This document shows, piece by piece, positions 61,101 through 64,000 of a stretch of DNA of 64,000 nt; the first letter of the stretch is position 1; the number at the start of each line of letters is the position of its first letter. Location of the stretch: assembly GCA_965178125.1 (NCBI GenBank), contig OZ237758.1:310001-374000 (forward strand). Direction: 5' to 3'. The position numbers and the translations under genes were made by a program. This stretch comes from Bilabrum cf. latius. Its lineage: Eukaryota. Below the pieces are notes generated by a model. The model was not told the origin of the DNA, ran no database searches, and saw only the letters and a list, made by a program, of their open reading frames with translations.

Positions 61101-63990
61101 TGGACTCGAGGTGCTCTTCCATGCGGAGCAACAGCGCCAGCGCGTTCGGGCGCCCGGCCTGGGCCGCCTGACCAGCGAGCGTGAGCATCGAGTTACGAGC
61201 CTTGTGCTGGTACTGCTTTAGCACGGCTGGAGTGGTGCTCTCCTGCCAGCAAGCCACGCTGAGGGCGAGCACGACGTACTCTGCCGCCGCTTCCTCGCTG
61301 GGGGTGCACCCCTGCCGCAGGCACCGACGCAGCGCCTGTCGCGAGCTTGGCTCCACGGACATGATGCTCGAGGCCATGGCGCGGTTGAGGGCCTTCAGAG
61401 CCTCTGTCTGGTCCAGCGCGGCGTCGCTGAGTCTCATGGCACGCCTGTTGTCCGCGGGTCCCACCTCGGGAAACGCCTCCAGCATCAGGGTAGCTCTTGT
61501 GGCGCGCTCCTCCCGGAGTGCCATGAGCCTGGGCCACTCCTTGCTGACAGAGGAGGTTCGGCGATTCACCAGCACCAGCATGCGGGGAATGCTGCCGTCT
61601 TCGGGGAGGTACTCCTGAAGCCACTGCCGGCGCACTCTGGTCTGAGCCCACGCCCGTGTCGCTGCCGAGCACAGCCGCGTCGGGACGTTCATCTCCGTCG
61701 CCTGCTGCTGGGCGATGCCGTTGGGCACCAGCGCTGCGTGCCTCAGCACCTCCATGACGCACTCGTCATCATCAGCGAGGTGCGCAGAGGCAGCCACGTG
61801 CAGCAGCGTCTGGCCCTGTGTATCCACCCTGCACAGCACGTCCGCCACGGAGGGCACGTGCGTCATCTGACCGCACTAGCCCTTGTCTCTCAGACGAGCC
61901 CTGGCCGCGTCCGAAGTGCTGCGACCTCTTGGCGAGGCGATAGGCGTGGCTTTCACCAGGTGGTGCACGCCTGCCCGCTCGTCGACGACCATCCACCGGT
62001 CCCTCAGGTCGAAGCTCTTGGGCAGCTGCCTGGGGATGGTTGACTCAGTCTCCATGTCGCCAGAGTCTCGGCCATTCGCGAGGCTGCGGCTGCCCATCGC
62101 ACCTGCGCCCACCGCGGCCGAGTCAACGCCTCTGCCACCTGGAATGCGCATGCCTGCCATGATGCCACCCAATCCACCAGCGTGCCCTCCATTGCTGCCG
62201 CTGCCTCCCGCTGCGGTGGACATCCAGGCAGCCCTGCCAACGGGCGCCGAGGACCCCGCGTCTGTCACGCTCGTGGTGCTGACAAATGCGGCACCGACGT
62301 GCGTGGACGCCCCGATGCTGCCTAGCGCGGACAGCCCGAGGACGTCGTCTGCTTTGCTGCCATGCACCGACAGCAACCCGTGATTAGGTGCCGGCTCCCG
62401 CGCTGCTGAAGTCGGTCCGGGGGGCCACGAACCCGCAGCAGTCGCTGGTCCCGACTCGCTCTGGGCCGCAGCTCTGCCGCTGCGTGTGGACGGCACATCC
62501 GCGCTGCCGACGCCAACTATCTCGCGGAAATTGGTCGAGCCTTGCGATGCGATAGACCCAGCCCTTCGCCTGCTCCCGCCCCCGCTCGCCACCGATCGGG
62601 TGTCCAGCCCGAGCAGGATGGAATCCGTCCTGCGGAAGTCGTACGCCCCAGGGATACTGCCCACGCCCATGCTCCCCTCCGAGTCGGTGTCCAGGGAAGA
62701 CGTCGACATGGCGAGGGGATCTAGTGCGCCGTCACCGCGATCCTGACCAAAGCCAGAAGCACGGGGTGCCGGAGGAATATTGCGACCAAGTGACCCGATT
62801 GACCTCACCGACGCGCCGTCTGCGCCTTCTGAGCGTGCTCCTGACGACACGTGACGTCCCCGCCTGCCCCTGGCCACCTCGGTACCCTCATCCTCGTCCT
62901 CATCATCATCCTCGTCCGATCCGCCCGCCGCACCGCTACCCCCCATTGACACCTGACCCGCAGAAGCATTGCGCTGGGTCGTGGGCTGCCCGTAAGGGGT
63001 GGAGCCCTCGGGCTCGTGCACGTCGTCGGTGCCTGCGTGCGCCGCGCCCGTAGGGCTGTCTGCAGGTCCGGGTGCCCCCGCCAGCAACCGGGTTGGCATC
63101 GCCGGGGTGTTCTCCTGCGTGTCGCTGCTGTGACTTCCTCTGCGCGCGGAATCCACGTGCGGGTCGTCGGGGCTGGGTCTGCTAAGTGCCGAGCCCGTTG
63201 GGTTGAGGAGCGAGTTGCTCGCGGCGAGCAGCCTTGCGAACATTGAGTCGCTCGTGTCCTTGGTGGAGCCGGCCTCCAGCACGGGAGACTGCACGCCCAG
63301 CCTGCCTCCTTTGGACCGCACCGAGCCGCCGTCATCCGCTAGCTCGATCCGCCCGAAGGACGAGTGCCATTCCCGCAGCCTGTGCAGCAGAGCCCCAAGG
63401 AGACCGGCCTCGCCCAGGTAAGCCGCCAGCTGCACTCCGTCCCAGCCCATGGCCTCCACCTCCAGTCCCGCCTTCCTCGCCCTGACCCTGAGGATGGATG
63501 CCGCGGTGTCTCCGCGCCCGCAAAGGAAGGCACGATGTGCTGCGGTCCTGCCGCGCCGGTCCTGCCTGGCCGGGTCAGCACCGCGCTCCATCAACCTGTC
63601 CACAGCCGCGTTGGCACCGCAGCTGGCGGCCAGCAACAGGGGTGTCGAGTACCGTATGCCGCATATCCTCGCAGCACGGCTGGCTGCAGGTACCAGCAAC
63701 GCATCGCTCAGCCTAGCTTCCTGCTCGTCGCTGATGCGGTCAGTGGCAGCCGACAGTATCCTGGACAGAGACACCTCGCCACTATCGCCCCCATCGTCGT
63801 CCCCGTAGGCATCATCGTCATTGCCACCACCCACACCGCCTCGCAAGGCGCCGTCACCAGCCCCTTGCTCCATGCTCCCGCTCCCGTACCCTGCCTCGGC
63901 CATGCTGCTCATGAACGCCAGCGCGGATGAAGACGGCCTCCCACTCGCACCGCCACCTGCACCACGGGACCCAGTCCCTACACTGGCCAT
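58171..63990 (-). CDS. Large ankyrin-repeat protein (at least 1939 aa; may extend past the window edge)
   Basis: Many ankyrin repeats (STPLLLAA, GQTLLHVAA, GETILHHAA, GYTPLALAA, GLTPLMEAA, GETALHRAA, GETPLFLAA). Four ORF fragments are joined by TAG; TGA at 58171. The frame is open to position 64000. Confidence 0.85.
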
Positions 63991-64000
63991 TGGCTGTGGT

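Noticed and set aside
1-64000. Mass pseudogenisation or sequencing error as the cause of internal stops
   Set aside because: The stops are exclusively TAG, never frameshifts or TAA/TGA. They hit essential genes and fall on Gln positions.

Overview
GC-rich, gene-dense eukaryotic (protist) nuclear DNA with short GT-AG introns near gene 5' ends. Its style resembles bicosoecid stramenopiles such as Cafeteria, but that assignment is inference only. The main result is that the window is not written in the standard genetic code. Nearly every gene is broken in frame by TAG and never by TAA/TGA. Where a conserved residue can be checked (MCCC2, PHF5A, a bulb-lectin motif, internal repeat copies, an MFS helix) the TAG sits on Gln. 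Genes end in TGA (16 resolved) or TAA (1), so the data fit UAG=Gln with UAA still a stop. Re-reading with this code merges the fragmented ORF track into about 18 genes and exposes two hidden systems. The first is a cluster of four intronless, divergent GBP/atlastin-family GTPases in two head-to-head pairs, each with a different C-terminal membrane anchor. The second is a single 13.1-kb ORF (4378 aa) for a putatively secreted giant protein with bulb-type lectin domains at both ends, a cationic amphipathic segment, four helical repeats and acidic tandem repeats. The housekeeping genes are an LRR-IQ protein, dapB, WASHC2/FAM21, METTL5, CLASP, a COX7A-like subunit, an importin-11-like protein, CTF8, MCCC2, PHF5A, an MFS transporter and two ankyrin proteins. 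There is also one atypical tRNA-Arg(ACG). All family calls come from motif recognition by eye; no database searches were run.
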